Below, piece after piece: positions 19,211 to 28,311 of a stretch of 64,000 nucleotides of DNA (positions within the stretch are counted from its first letter, which is position 1; each line of letters opens with the position of its first letter). The translations under genes and the position numbers were made by a program. The notes below the pieces were generated by a model that saw nothing but the letters and a program-made list of their open reading frames with translations, was not told the DNA's origin and ran no database searches. The stretch is taken from NCBI GenBank assembly GCA_965207455.1, contig CBDBMJ010000001.1, forward strand, positions 672,001 through 736,000, read 5' to 3'. Source of the DNA: Bdellovibrionota bacterium (GTDB lineage: Bacteria > Bdellovibrionota > UBA1018 > CAIPTA01 > JAALKR01).

Positions 19211-19733
19211 TTTTCACCTGAAACCCCACTTTTTTCTCAGAGGAGGAAGAGCTACGGAGAAGGAGCCATGTGCTTGCCAAAACGCCTAGACCGAGAGTAA
19301 TCCAAAGGCCATAGTTACTTTCCGGAGGTGTGGGGCTTTGCTCAATGCTTTTCTCAATGCTTTGGTGCTTTGGTTTTATGCTTATGTCGTCTGCATCGGG
19401 ATTATTTATTTTTTTAACTACGAGGCTGCACAGCTTATTGTTGGCAGCCTTACTATAAGCGTATATGCCCAAGTCCTCTTGATGATTATTTTTCCACATG
19501 ACTTGCAAGCCCTTGGATGTTTCTGTTAATTCCAACTGTGGCACTCGCAGGTCTCCTTCTTCAATGATCTCCACAAGGGTAGTGGACTGTTCAAATAAAC
19601 ATTGAATTAAATCAATGGTCGTGTCCGCTATGGCAATAGTTTTGAATTTAGGTAACAGGTATATTTGATTCTCACCATGGGCCTGGGATGGAAATATAAA
19701 AACAAGAATAAGTAGTTTGCGAATAAATCTCAT
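19197..19733 (-). CDS. hypothetical exported protein with C-terminal membrane anchor
   Basis: Start at 19733 (MRFIRKLLIL...AHG) overlaps the upstream stop as ATGA; C-terminal TM helix. Confidence 0.7.
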   Translation of the reverse strand: MRFIRKLLILVFIFPSQAHGENQIYLLPKFKTIAIADTTIDLIQCLFEQSTTLVEIIEEGDLRVPQLELTETSKGLQVMWKNNHQEDLGIYAYSKAANNKLCSLVVKKINNPDADDISIKPKHQSIEKSIEQSPTPPESNYGLWITLGLGVLASTWLLLRSSSSSEKKVGFQVKIKIP

Positions 19734-20104
19734 AGGATTTCCTCCACATTTATGGGTTGAGAAATAATGTTGCAAACAATATTTTCACTTATTTCAAGGA
19801 GTTTTTTGCTGGATTCTTTGGAGAGAAAAGCTGTGGCATCTTGATGGTAATAAAATTCCAGATTTCCTTTTGTAAAGTTTAGCTCATAGAAGTTATTCGG
19901 TTGGAGAACCTGAGGACAGGGAAGAATATCAATGGATATGTACTGCCATTCCAATAGTTCCACAAGATGGAGATTTTTCTCATTCTCCTCTTCTAAAAAA
20001 GAAAAAAACAATAGAGAAATGGCTAAGCAACTTAGAAGAATAATAACTAGAGTGGGCCAATTCTTCTTTGCTCCTTTTTTAAGGTCTATATTTTTTAATA
20101 GCAT
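19730..20104 (-). CDS. hypothetical bitopic membrane protein
   Basis: N-terminal basic stretch plus one TM helix; within the flp operon. Confidence 0.65.
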   Translation of the reverse strand: MLLKNIDLKKGAKKNWPTLVIILLSCLAISLLFFSFLEEENEKNLHLVELLEWQYISIDILPCPQVLQPNNFYELNFTKGNLEFYYHQDATAFLSKESSKKLLEISENIVCNIISQPINVEEIL

Positions 20105-20249
20105 GATTGCGATGCCTTTCTATTTTTTCTTGTCTATTTTTTAAATAATAGTGAGCCCTCCACTGTGCGAATAGCAGAGAGGAAAAAAGAGAAATAATAA
20201 GAATTGTTTCTATGAGAAGAGCGCCTTGTTGTTTACTACGGGTATTCAT
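20079..20249 (-). CDS. small TadE-like pseudopilin (56 aa; absent from the ORF track)
   Basis: MNTRSKQQG|ALLIETILIISLFSSLLFAQW...: basic leader, Gly, Glu at +5, hydrophobic helix; overlaps both neighbours. Confidence 0.7.
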   Translation of the reverse strand: MNTRSKQQGALLIETILIISLFSSLLFAQWRAHYYLKNRQEKIERHRNHAIKKYRP

Positions 20250-20850
20250 AATTCATCCTTTGATTCATGAGTCGGGGAGCTAGGGAATAGCTAAGGGATC
20301 TGGATGATTTGAGTGTTTTACAACTGATTTGATGCTTTATAAAATCAGATTTTGGCGCGAGAGTTCCAGGTACGTCGGAATATAGAGTAGCCGCTCGTTG
20401 GAATTTATTCCTCTGGAAGAACTTCCAAAAGCATAGGGCTATTTCTTTAGAATAGGGCGTGGACTCACAGTATCGCAAGGGAATGATTTTTAGAGAGCCT
20501 AGAGCAAGTAGGGTATCCTGTATTTTCTCAATAGCCTTTAGAGCAAGTAGGGCAGCCTTTTGAGTCAATACACCCGACAGGGGATTTATATACTGAACAC
20601 CACGAGCGATATAAACTACTTTTTGTAGGGGTGGCATGGTTTTATTGAGTCGCATGAGGCGCTGTAGGAGAATATGGTGTTCTCGCAGTATTCTCATTGT
20701 ACAGATTTCCAATCGATACTGGAGGGCGATTTGGTTCTGCCCTAAATAGGTTAGGGTGAGAATTCCCAGAGCAGTGCCAAGGAGTACTAGCAACATGGGA
20801 AGGGTTGCTATGAACAGAAAGCCATTATTTTTCAAGAGAAAGAACTCCAT
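20236..20850 (-). CDS. putative pseudopilin-like (TadG-like) protein
   Basis: From ATG 20850: MEFFLLKNNG|FLFIATLPMLLVLLGTALG; lies in the flp operon. Confidence 0.55.
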   Translation of the reverse strand: MEFFLLKNNGFLFIATLPMLLVLLGTALGILTLTYLGQNQIALQYRLEICTMRILREHHILLQRLMRLNKTMPPLQKVVYIARGVQYINPLSGVLTQKAALLALKAIEKIQDTLLALGSLKIIPLRYCESTPYSKEIALCFWKFFQRNKFQRAATLYSDVPGTLAPKSDFIKHQISCKTLKSSRSLSYSLAPRLMNQRMNYEYP

Positions 20851-21115
20851 GGGAATACCAAAACTTTCCTTGAAATTTTGTGCTGCTGGATTGGAACCGG
20901 ATTTTTGGGCAATGATGGAGGGGATCGGCAGCACATAACTGTAAAAAAGCCCCCTGCTGTTTATGAATATTGGCTAGGGCAAATTGAGCCAAGAGATATT
21001 GACTCCAGTGGTATTTTCCCATATACCATTCCATTTTAAAGCACAGCATTAACATGGCAAAGAAAAGGGGAAGCACAAGAAGGGCCTCCACCATCACAGT
21101 TCCTCGAGAGGTCAC
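20825..21115 (-). CDS. TadE-like pseudopilin
   Basis: MTSRG|TVMVEALLVLPLFF matches the G-xxxx-E-xxxxxP TadE pattern; GTGA overlap with the flp stop. Confidence 0.75.
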   Translation of the reverse strand: MTSRGTVMVEALLVLPLFFAMLMLCFKMEWYMGKYHWSQYLLAQFALANIHKQQGAFLQLCAADPLHHCPKIRFQSSSTKFQGKFWYSHGVLSLEK

Positions 21116-21297
21116 TTTGGACTCAGTCGAATAGGAATGCCAGAATCCAGCTTTGTCTGCACTTCTTTGAGCTTGTAGTTTATTTTTTTACCCAGTTGCT
21201 TGGCTGCTGTTACGGAAACCAAGGCAATTAAGGCCACTAAAATTACATATTCCACAAGACTTTGTCCCTTATTATTGTTTTTTACTCGGCTCATCAT
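21112..21297 (-). CDS. Flp family type IVb/IVc pilin
   Basis: KG|QSLVEYVILVALIAL Flp motif; GGAGGG RBS. Confidence 0.9.
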   Translation of the reverse strand: MMSRVKNNNKGQSLVEYVILVALIALVSVTAAKQLGKKINYKLKEVQTKLDSGIPIRLSPK

Positions 21298-21351
21298 AGT
21301 ATTTTCCCTCCAATTTATGTTAAAAATAACCCATAGGGTTTAGAGGGATAA

Positions 21352-21367
21352 AGCAAGGACCATGCCA
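21352..21367 (-). promoter_or_regulatory. sigma54 (-24/-12) promoter for the flp operon
   Basis: TGGCATGGTCCTTGCT on the minus strand; exact GG-N10-GC spacing. Confidence 0.75.
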
Positions 21368-21470
21368 CCTGTAAGGCTGTTCTTGTGAAGAAAAGCCGAT
21401 CTATTCCAAAAATTGGTTTATTTTTTAAACCACTGGTATAAAAATTTAGCCGTAGTGGCAAGGAGGTTTC

Positions 21471-22223
21471 ATGGCAAAAAAGCCATCACTGTATATAGTC
21501 GAACGAAAAGAAGTCATTCTTTTAATCATACTCTTCATCCTAGTAACCGTGCTTTCCTTTACTGTGGGCGTGAAATATGGAGAATCCTTTGCCGGGAAAG
21601 GAGCATTAGAAAAAGCAAACTTTAAGAAAAAACTGCTAGGCGCTACGGGTTCTGGTGGCCATCTGGGAGAAGTGGTTTCCACAGTGAAGAGTTTGATGGG
21701 AAATGATGATGCTCAAAACCTCGCTGGGGAAAACAAAACTGGATCAGTGGGGCAGGCGAGAAAGAACGAAACCAAGAAAACAGCCAATAAAAAAACAAAT
21801 GAGTCGGCAAAAACTTTATTTGCCTCTGGACTAAAAAAGGGAAGGAAACAACCCAAGGCCACCCTTACCTCTACTTCCGACGAGTATCTTTTAGAGGCGT
21901 TGAAGAAAGCAGGGATGGAGTCTACTTCCACCAAAAGAAAAAAACTTCCATTGAAAATAAAAGGAAGGAGTGGCGTTCGTTATGTGATACAGGTGGGAAG
22001 CTTTCCATCAGAGAAAGATGCCACAAGATATATTCGTCAATTGAGAACAAAATCTAAAAAATTAGACTTTTTCATTTTAGATCCAACAGGCTCCTCTAAA
22101 GATCAACCCTGGTTTCGTGTGGCCACAGGAAAATTTTCAAGGTATAAGCTGGCCGAAAAAAGAGGCAAAGAGTATAAGAAAAAAGGGTTCATTAAAAATT
22201 ATTTCGTGAGAAAGATATATTGA
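21471..22223 (+). CDS. SPOR domain-containing membrane protein (FtsN-like architecture)
   Basis: N-terminal TM helix, low-complexity linker, C-terminal YVIQVGSF...WFRVATGKF. Confidence 0.85.
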   Translation: MAKKPSLYIVERKEVILLIILFILVTVLSFTVGVKYGESFAGKGALEKANFKKKLLGATGSGGHLGEVVSTVKSLMGNDDAQNLAGENKTGSVGQARKNETKKTANKKTNESAKTLFASGLKKGRKQPKATLTSTSDEYLLEALKKAGMESTSTKRKKLPLKIKGRSGVRYVIQVGSFPSEKDATRYIRQLRTKSKKLDFFILDPTGSSKDQPWFRVATGKFSRYKLAEKRGKEYKKKGFIKNYFVRKIY

Positions 22224-22603
22224 TGGATAGTTCTTTTACGAGAGTGGAAAAACCCTGGGGAGAAGAAAGGATTTTTGCCGTAACGAAAGATTATGTGGGA
22301 AAAGTACTTATTATCAATGAGGGACACCAACTCTCTTTGCAATACCATAAAATAAAAGAAGAAACTATTTATGTACAATCTGGAGAATTAGAACTTCTGT
22401 TAGAGGACGATAATGGTGAGGTTCAAACCTATCGTATGAGTCCTGGTCAGAGTGCCCACATTGCTCCTCAGAAAAAACACCGTATGCGAGCCATCTCCAA
22501 TTGTTCTGTTTTTGAAGTGAGTACCCCTCACCTAGAAGATGTTGTTCGTCTTGACGATTCATACGGACGCACTGACGGAGAAAAACAGAGTGTTCATAGA
22601 TGA
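22223..22603 (+). CDS. cupin, mannose-6-phosphate isomerase type II-like
   Basis: VEKPWG, LSLQYH..KEE, EVSTP..EDVVRLDDSYGR. Confidence 0.85.
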   Translation: MDSSFTRVEKPWGEERIFAVTKDYVGKVLIINEGHQLSLQYHKIKEETIYVQSGELELLLEDDNGEVQTYRMSPGQSAHIAPQKKHRMRAISNCSVFEVSTPHLEDVVRLDDSYGRTDGEKQSVHR

Positions 22604-23667
22604 GTGAACCATGGTTATTTATTATGGCTGGAGGATCGGGCACTCGATTCTGGCCCCGTAGTCGTAAAAAATTACCCAAACAACTATTAAAAGTCGGAGG
22701 AAAGACCTTACTATCTAGCACCATAGAGCGCTTGAGTTCCCTTGTTCCCCAAGAGAGAGTGATTATTATTTGTACCGAAGAGTTGGAAGATCCTACGCGT
22801 AAAGAAATAGGTTCCTTTCAAGGCACTATTCTTTGTGAGCCTCAGAAAAAAAATACGGCACCTTGTTTGATGATGGCAATGGAATGGCTGCGTTGTAAAG
22901 ATCCAAACGCAACCGCAATCATTGTTCCCACCGACCATTGGATAACAGACATTCCCACCTATCTTAAGACCCTAACTTTTGGCGTTGATTTTGTGAAAAA
23001 AAATAACCAACTCCTAACCATAGGAATCGCCCCCACTCGAGCAGAAACAGGCTATGGTTATATTCGCTGTGGAAAAACTGTGGATGGTGGTCCGGTTTGC
23101 TTTGTAGACCGTTTTTTAGAAAAACCATCCATGGAGGTAGCGGAAACTATTATTCAAGATACTTCGTATTTCTGGAATGCCGGTATTTTCATTTGGTCCG
23201 TTTCCACATTCTTCCAAGAGATTGAAAAGGTGGCCTTAGACTTACAAGAAGTTTTTCGTGACTATAAGCCAGGTGAAAACACCAATGAAGATAAAAAAAT
23301 CCTTGAAGATATTTATCAAAAAACTCCAAATATTAGTATCGATTTTGCTTTGATGGAAAAAAGTAAAAATGTGGCTGTGCTCCCAGCTAACTTTGACTGG
23401 AATGATTTAGGAAGTTTCCAATCTCTCTATGAACTGTACCCAGAAACTGAGGGAGGCGTGGGCTATGCAAAACGAATTATGGCAATAGACTCCACATCGA
23501 ATTTAATCGACTGTCCAGGAAAGACAGTGGCTCTTCTAGGAGCTACAAATATGATGATAGTGGATACGGGCGACGTATTATTAGTTGCAGCAAAAGAACA
23601 ATCCCAATTGGTGCAAAAATTTGTGGCACGAATCCAAGAGGAAGGCGACCTAGAAAATCTTTTATAG
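22600..23667 (+). CDS. manC: mannose-1-phosphate guanylyltransferase
   Basis: MAGGSGTRFWPRSR..PKQ, NTAP, PTDH, ETGYGYI, FLEKP, WNAGIF, SIDFALMEK, WNDLGS. Confidence 0.9.
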   Translation: MSEPWLFIMAGGSGTRFWPRSRKKLPKQLLKVGGKTLLSSTIERLSSLVPQERVIIICTEELEDPTRKEIGSFQGTILCEPQKKNTAPCLMMAMEWLRCKDPNATAIIVPTDHWITDIPTYLKTLTFGVDFVKKNNQLLTIGIAPTRAETGYGYIRCGKTVDGGPVCFVDRFLEKPSMEVAETIIQDTSYFWNAGIFIWSVSTFFQEIEKVALDLQEVFRDYKPGENTNEDKKILEDIYQKTPNISIDFALMEKSKNVAVLPANFDWNDLGSFQSLYELYPETEGGVGYAKRIMAIDSTSNLIDCPGKTVALLGATNMMIVDTGDVLLVAAKEQSQLVQKFVARIQEEGDLENLL

Positions 23668-23774
23668 GTATATTTTTTTATAAGTTTTTATAAAAAAACA
23701 ATATTTTCCCCAATAAATGAATTTACCGGTTATAATATTTTTAGAACAACAAATACTCAAGGAGGGTTATTTCA

Positions 23775-25910
23775 ATGGTGAAAAGAATTTCAAGGAAAAC
23801 GGTACTGTTAGTCAATATACTTCTTATATGTTTGATAGGTGTGGCAGGTGTGGCAGGTGTGGCAGGTATAGCGGGAGCACAACATCCCATCCTTTTAAAA
23901 GCAAAAGGCTCCTTAAATAAAATCGAAAATAAAACCCAAAAATTAGAGGAAAAGACTGGCACTGGACTGTATCTCGTTCAATGGAAAGGAAACGTCTACG
24001 AAAAAGAAAAAATAGCTCTTCGTAACATGGGAGTAAAATTTTACGGCTATATTCCGAATAATGCTTTCTTGGTGAGTATGGATGCCAGTCACCTTTCCCT
24101 AGTTCAAAGTAAAACTTTTGTGGATAGGGTATTGTCCTACACGAGTAATATGAAATTAGCAAGTGACCTTTCTAACATGAGTATTCTCTCTCTTCCCCAA
24201 GAGATTATAGTTGTTGTACAAATAACAGCCCAAGCAAATCTCACAGCTCTGCAAGCCTACTTTGGAAGCAGATTACAAAAAATATCTCGGGATTTATATA
24301 TGGGCAAAATCCATTTTAGTATCATTGATAGGCTCGTACAAAGAGAGGATGTGCTTTGGGTAGAAAAATACGATCCCATACAATTAGCATATATAGGGGA
24401 TTTATTGGATGATCCTCCAGTGGTAATACCCACTGATCCAACGTATACGGGCTACGAGAGTGGCACAAAAGTTATGAATGCAGAGGTTGTTTGGGAGGCT
24501 GGCTATACTGGAGAGGGAGAACGTATTGCTGTTGCGGATACGGGTGTAGATACGGGAAATATAGACACTATTATTCCAGACCTTCAAAACCAAATTTATA
24601 GCGGTCATGCAATGGGTCTTGGTGGTACCTCTTGGGAAGATCCCCATTCCCACGGCACGCACACAGCGGGTTCCATTATAGGAAATGGTTCCAGTTCCAA
24701 TGGTCAGATTCAAGGAGCTGCTTTTGGTGGACAATTAGTGGCTCAAGGAATGTGGAGTCCATTGATGGGTGGAATGTTTCCAGTTTCAGTGGATAAACTG
24801 TTTGGTGTGGCTTATACGGATGGGGCAAGAATACACTCCAACTCCTGGGGGATGCCATTAAGTGGGGAGTATAATACACTTGCTCGGGCTGTGGATGCCT
24901 TTTCATTTCAGCACCTAGACTTTCTTGCTGTTTTTGCAGCAGGGAACTCGGGAGAAGACATGGATAGGGATGGAGTGATCGACACCAATTCAGTCATTAC
25001 TCCTGGAACAGCTAAAAATGTGATGACCGTGGGAGCTTCCAAAAACTTTCTTCTCAAGGGAGGAATCCAAAGAAAAATGAAAAATCTTCGCCAAGGAAAA
25101 GAGAAGTGGGGAGTGGAACCTCTGGCTAGCTCCAGACTTTCAGATTCTGGCGCAGGTATGGCTGCCTTTTCCAGTCGTGGTCCCACAAATGATGGTCGCA
25201 TTAAGCCCGATATTGTGGCTCCAGGAACAAATATCGTTTCTTCCCGATCTACCCATACAGATGCTGATCTAGGCTGGGGACCCTTCTCCGAACACTATCT
25301 TTATATGGGGGGAACCTCCATGTCTACACCACTCGTTAGTGGCGCGTTAGGTGTTTTACGAGAAATACTAAGAAAAAAACATGGGATAGAGAACGTTTCC
25401 GCAGCACTATTGAAGGCTGCAATGATCAATGGAGCCCATGATTTATATCCAGGTCAATTTGGATTCCGGGAAAAAGGCCAGGAACAACCAACTGCTCGAC
25501 CCAATAATCACCAAGGGTGGGGTAGGGTCGATATGGCGTCCTTTTTAGGAAATATGATAGTGCTACCTACCCAAGGCTTAGGCACTGGAGAAGAGCAGAA
25601 ATTCACCATCACTGTTCCTAGCGAGGCAAGGGCCTTAAAAGTTACTATGGTGTATACGGATGCCCCTGGAACCCTCACAGCTCAAAAGGCTCTGGTCAAT
25701 GATTTAGATATGGTGGTGGAGGCTACATCAGGGGCTAAACACTACCCCAATCGTCTCTTTACTGCGGATAGGCTCAATAATGTGGAAAATATTGATATTT
25801 TTCAGCTAGAAAAAGGTGAGTATACTGTTACAGTAAAGGGGTTCAACGTGCCTCAAGGAATAAATGGAAAGCAACCATACGCGCTTGTATATTTATTGTC
25901 GGAAAAATGA
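23775..25910 (+). CDS. secreted S8 (subtilisin, KP-43-like) serine peptidase
   Basis: Catalytic D (VADTG), H (HGTHTAG), S (GTSMSTP); FAAGN; C-terminal VNDLD...NNVE domain. Confidence 0.93.
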   Translation: MVKRISRKTVLLVNILLICLIGVAGVAGVAGIAGAQHPILLKAKGSLNKIENKTQKLEEKTGTGLYLVQWKGNVYEKEKIALRNMGVKFYGYIPNNAFLVSMDASHLSLVQSKTFVDRVLSYTSNMKLASDLSNMSILSLPQEIIVVVQITAQANLTALQAYFGSRLQKISRDLYMGKIHFSIIDRLVQREDVLWVEKYDPIQLAYIGDLLDDPPVVIPTDPTYTGYESGTKVMNAEVVWEAGYTGEGERIAVADTGVDTGNIDTIIPDLQNQIYSGHAMGLGGTSWEDPHSHGTHTAGSIIGNGSSSNGQIQGAAFGGQLVAQGMWSPLMGGMFPVSVDKLFGVAYTDGARIHSNSWGMPLSGEYNTLARAVDAFSFQHLDFLAVFAAGNSGEDMDRDGVIDTNSVITPGTAKNVMTVGASKNFLLKGGIQRKMKNLRQGKEKWGVEPLASSRLSDSGAGMAAFSSRGPTNDGRIKPDIVAPGTNIVSSRSTHTDADLGWGPFSEHYLYMGGTSMSTPLVSGALGVLREILRKKHGIENVSAALLKAAMINGAHDLYPGQFGFREKGQEQPTARPNNHQGWGRVDMASFLGNMIVLPTQGLGTGEEQKFTITVPSEARALKVTMVYTDAPGTLTAQKALVNDLDMVVEATSGAKHYPNRLFTADRLNNVENIDIFQLEKGEYTVTVKGFNVPQGINGKQPYALVYLLSEK
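23837..23867 (+). repeat. 9-bp tandem repeat (AGGTGTGGC)x3 in the signal-peptide region
   Basis: Encodes GVAGVAGVAG. Confidence 0.85.
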
Positions 25911-25997
25911 GGAAGTCCATTTGACGAAACCACAAAGGGCTGTTAGTTTTATCTCCATATAAATTAATTGGTTAAACAGCGATAAAGGAGAATTTTT

Positions 25998-26663
25998 CTG
26001 AGGCATTTTGGGAATAGAGACAGGCGAGGTCCTAGTAATCGGACTCGTCTAAACGAACGCATCCGGGTTTCTGAGGTGCGAGTAATTGATGAAGAGGGCA
26101 ATCAGCTAGGCGTTCTATCCACTAGAGATGCATTGAACATGGCAAAGGATCGAGGATTAGACCTCGTGGAAGTGTCGCCAGAGTCTAAACCCCCTGTGTG
26201 CAAAATATTGGACTACGGAAAAGTCAAATATGTGAAGAAGAAAAGGGAGCAAGAGAATAAGAAAAAACAGACCATATATTCCATCAAAGAGATTCAACTA
26301 CGACCCAGAATTGAAAAACATGATTTTGAGGTGAAATTTCAACGTATAGAAAACTTTTTACTCCGTGGAGATAAGGTGAAAGTGGTTCTTTTGTTCCGAG
26401 GCAGGGAGATGAGCTATGCAAAAAAACAGGGGACAGAGCTACTGGATCGTGTTATAGACCTAGTAAAAGAGTATGCGGCAGCAGAGTCCACTCCAAAGCT
26501 AGAGGGGCGTAGAATGATAATGATGCTTGGACCCACAAAGGGAGCCAAGAAAAAGAGAGAGGCTATCGAGAGAGCAAAAGAGGCAAAAACAGTAGCCGAA
26601 CAGGTGAAAACAGTAGCCGAACAGGGAGAGGGATCCAAGAATGAAGAAAACAAAACAGCGTAA
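25998..26663 (+). CDS. infC: translation initiation factor IF-3 (non-canonical start)
   Basis: [37 protein letters not shown]. The conserved NERIR segment lies upstream of the first GTG. CTG 25998 is 7 nt after AAGGAG (ATT 25992 is the alternative). Confidence 0.9.
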   Translation: MRHFGNRDRRGPSNRTRLNERIRVSEVRVIDEEGNQLGVLSTRDALNMAKDRGLDLVEVSPESKPPVCKILDYGKVKYVKKKREQENKKKQTIYSIKEIQLRPRIEKHDFEVKFQRIENFLLRGDKVKVVLLFRGREMSYAKKQGTELLDRVIDLVKEYAAAESTPKLEGRRMIMMLGPTKGAKKKREAIERAKEAKTVAEQVKTVAEQGEGSKNEENKTA

Positions 26664-26865
26664 TAAGCTGAAAACAAAGCGTGCAGCAGCCAAGCGTTTT
26701 AAAATTACTGGTACGGGAAAGGTGAAATTCTCTCGTGCAGGTGTTCGACACCTATTGACTGGAGACTCCCGAAAGGGTAAACGAAATTTGCGAGGTACAG
26801 GGGTTGCAAATCCCTCCGACCAGAAGGGCATACATGTACTTTTGCCCTACGGTAGTGGCTATTAA
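26641..26865 (+). CDS. rpmI: 50S ribosomal protein L35
   Basis: [19 protein letters not shown]...RHLL...LLPY. Confidence 0.95.
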   Translation: MKKTKQRNKLKTKRAAAKRFKITGTGKVKFSRAGVRHLLTGDSRKGKRNLRGTGVANPSDQKGIHVLLPYGSGY

Positions 26866-26882
26866 AAGAAAGGAAATTATTT

Positions 26883-27239
26883 ATGTCTAGAGTAAAACGG
26901 GGAACAAAAGCAAGGAAACGGAGAAATCGAGTTTTAAAGCAAACCAAGGGGTTTGTGCTTGGTCGTAAAAATAAATTTCGTAGAGCCTTAGAAACCCTAC
27001 AAAGAGCAATGGCATTTGCATTCCGGGATCGACGGGTAAGAAAACGAGACTTTAGAGGCTTATGGATACAGCGCCTGTCCGCTGCGGCTAAAATTAATAA
27101 TCTAAACTATAGCAAAATGATGTACGCCCTAAAGCAAGCAAATATTCAGTTAAACCGAAAAATGCTTTCAGAAATTGCCATAAGCGACCCAGTAGCATTT
27201 ACAGCTATTGTTAAAAAATCTATTCCAGCTAAGAAATAA
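26883..27239 (+). CDS. rplT: 50S ribosomal protein L20
   Basis: MSRVKRG...RDRRVRKRDFRGLWIQR...LNRKMLSEIA. Confidence 0.97.
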   Translation: MSRVKRGTKARKRRNRVLKQTKGFVLGRKNKFRRALETLQRAMAFAFRDRRVRKRDFRGLWIQRLSAAAKINNLNYSKMMYALKQANIQLNRKMLSEIAISDPVAFTAIVKKSIPAKK

Positions 27240-27285
27240 TTTATTCTCTAAGCAGGCGGGAGCATAATAGCGGGGACATAAAGCG

Positions 27286-28311
27286 GTGAAGGCTCTATTA
27301 GAAAAACTTCAAAAATTGGAATCTAGCGCACTCTCTAATATTCTCTCCACTGAAACTGGAGAAGCACTCCAACAACTACGCATAGAATACCTGGGAAAGA
27401 AGAGTTCTCTGAGCGACGTACTCAAAAACTTAAAAAACCTAGACGCAAAAGATAAGGCCGTTATTGGTGAGCAAGCAAATTTTTTACGTAATAAACTCCT
27501 AGACGCTTTTCAAACCTCCACAAATAAAATACAAGCACGTATAGTGGAGAAAAAAATAGAGACCGACAGGGTAGATATAACCCTACCCGGTTATAGGCGA
27601 AAGCTAGGATCCATACACCCCTTAATAAAAGTAAGAAAACGTATCTTGGATATTTTCCTCGGTATTGGCTTCGCTCTTGTGGACGGTCCAGAAGTGGACA
27701 CTGAGTTTTGTAACTTTGAAGCCCTAAATGTACCCGCTGATCACCCAGCCCGGGATATGCAAAATACTCTTTATGTGGAACCCGGGCTTGTACTGCGCAC
27801 ACAAACCTCCACAGTACAGATTCGCACTATGCTGGATCAAGCTCCCCCCATTAAAATTGTAGCTCCAGGGGCAGTTTATCGGAATGAAACAGTGGACGCC
27901 ACCCACTCCTGTATGTTCCATCAGGTGGAGGGTTTATATATCGACGAAAATGTAACCATGGAGGATTTAAAAGGCACGTTGGAGTACTTTGCCCAAGAGT
28001 TCCTGGGGGCTAAAATCCGTTTGCGATCCAGTTTTTTTCCCTTCACAGAACCTAGTGTGGAAGTGGACTTCACCTGTATTTTTTGTAAAGGAAATGGTTG
28101 CCGTATTTGTCAGCAAACAGGCTGGATAGAAGTATTGGGAGCAGGAATGGTGCACCCCTCTTTGTATGAAAAAGTGGGGTATCCTAAAGACAAATATAGC
28201 GGTTTTGCATTTGGTATCGGCATTGAAAGACTGGCCATGCTTTTATTTGGTATTGATGATATTCGTCTTTTTTACACGAACGACCTACGATTTTTGGAGC
28301 AATATATTTAA
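27286..28311 (+). CDS. pheS: phenylalanine--tRNA ligase alpha subunit
   Basis: HPARDMQ, LRTQTS, FHQVEG, FPFTEPS, GFAFGIGIERL. Confidence 0.97.
   Translation: MKALLEKLQKLESSALSNILSTETGEALQQLRIEYLGKKSSLSDVLKNLKNLDAKDKAVIGEQANFLRNKLLDAFQTSTNKIQARIVEKKIETDRVDITLPGYRRKLGSIHPLIKVRKRILDIFLGIGFALVDGPEVDTEFCNFEALNVPADHPARDMQNTLYVEPGLVLRTQTSTVQIRTMLDQAPPIKIVAPGAVYRNETVDATHSCMFHQVEGLYIDENVTMEDLKGTLEYFAQEFLGAKIRLRSSFFPFTEPSVEVDFTCIFCKGNGCRICQQTGWIEVLGAGMVHPSLYEKVGYPKDKYSGFAFGIGIERLAMLLFGIDDIRLFYTNDLRFLEQYI

Noticed and set aside
23673..23698. Inverted repeat TTTTTTTATAA-GTTT-TTATAAAAAAA as a recombination site
   Set aside because: Pure A/T low-complexity arms with a 4-bp spacer; expected by chance in this genome, or at most a weak terminator or operator.
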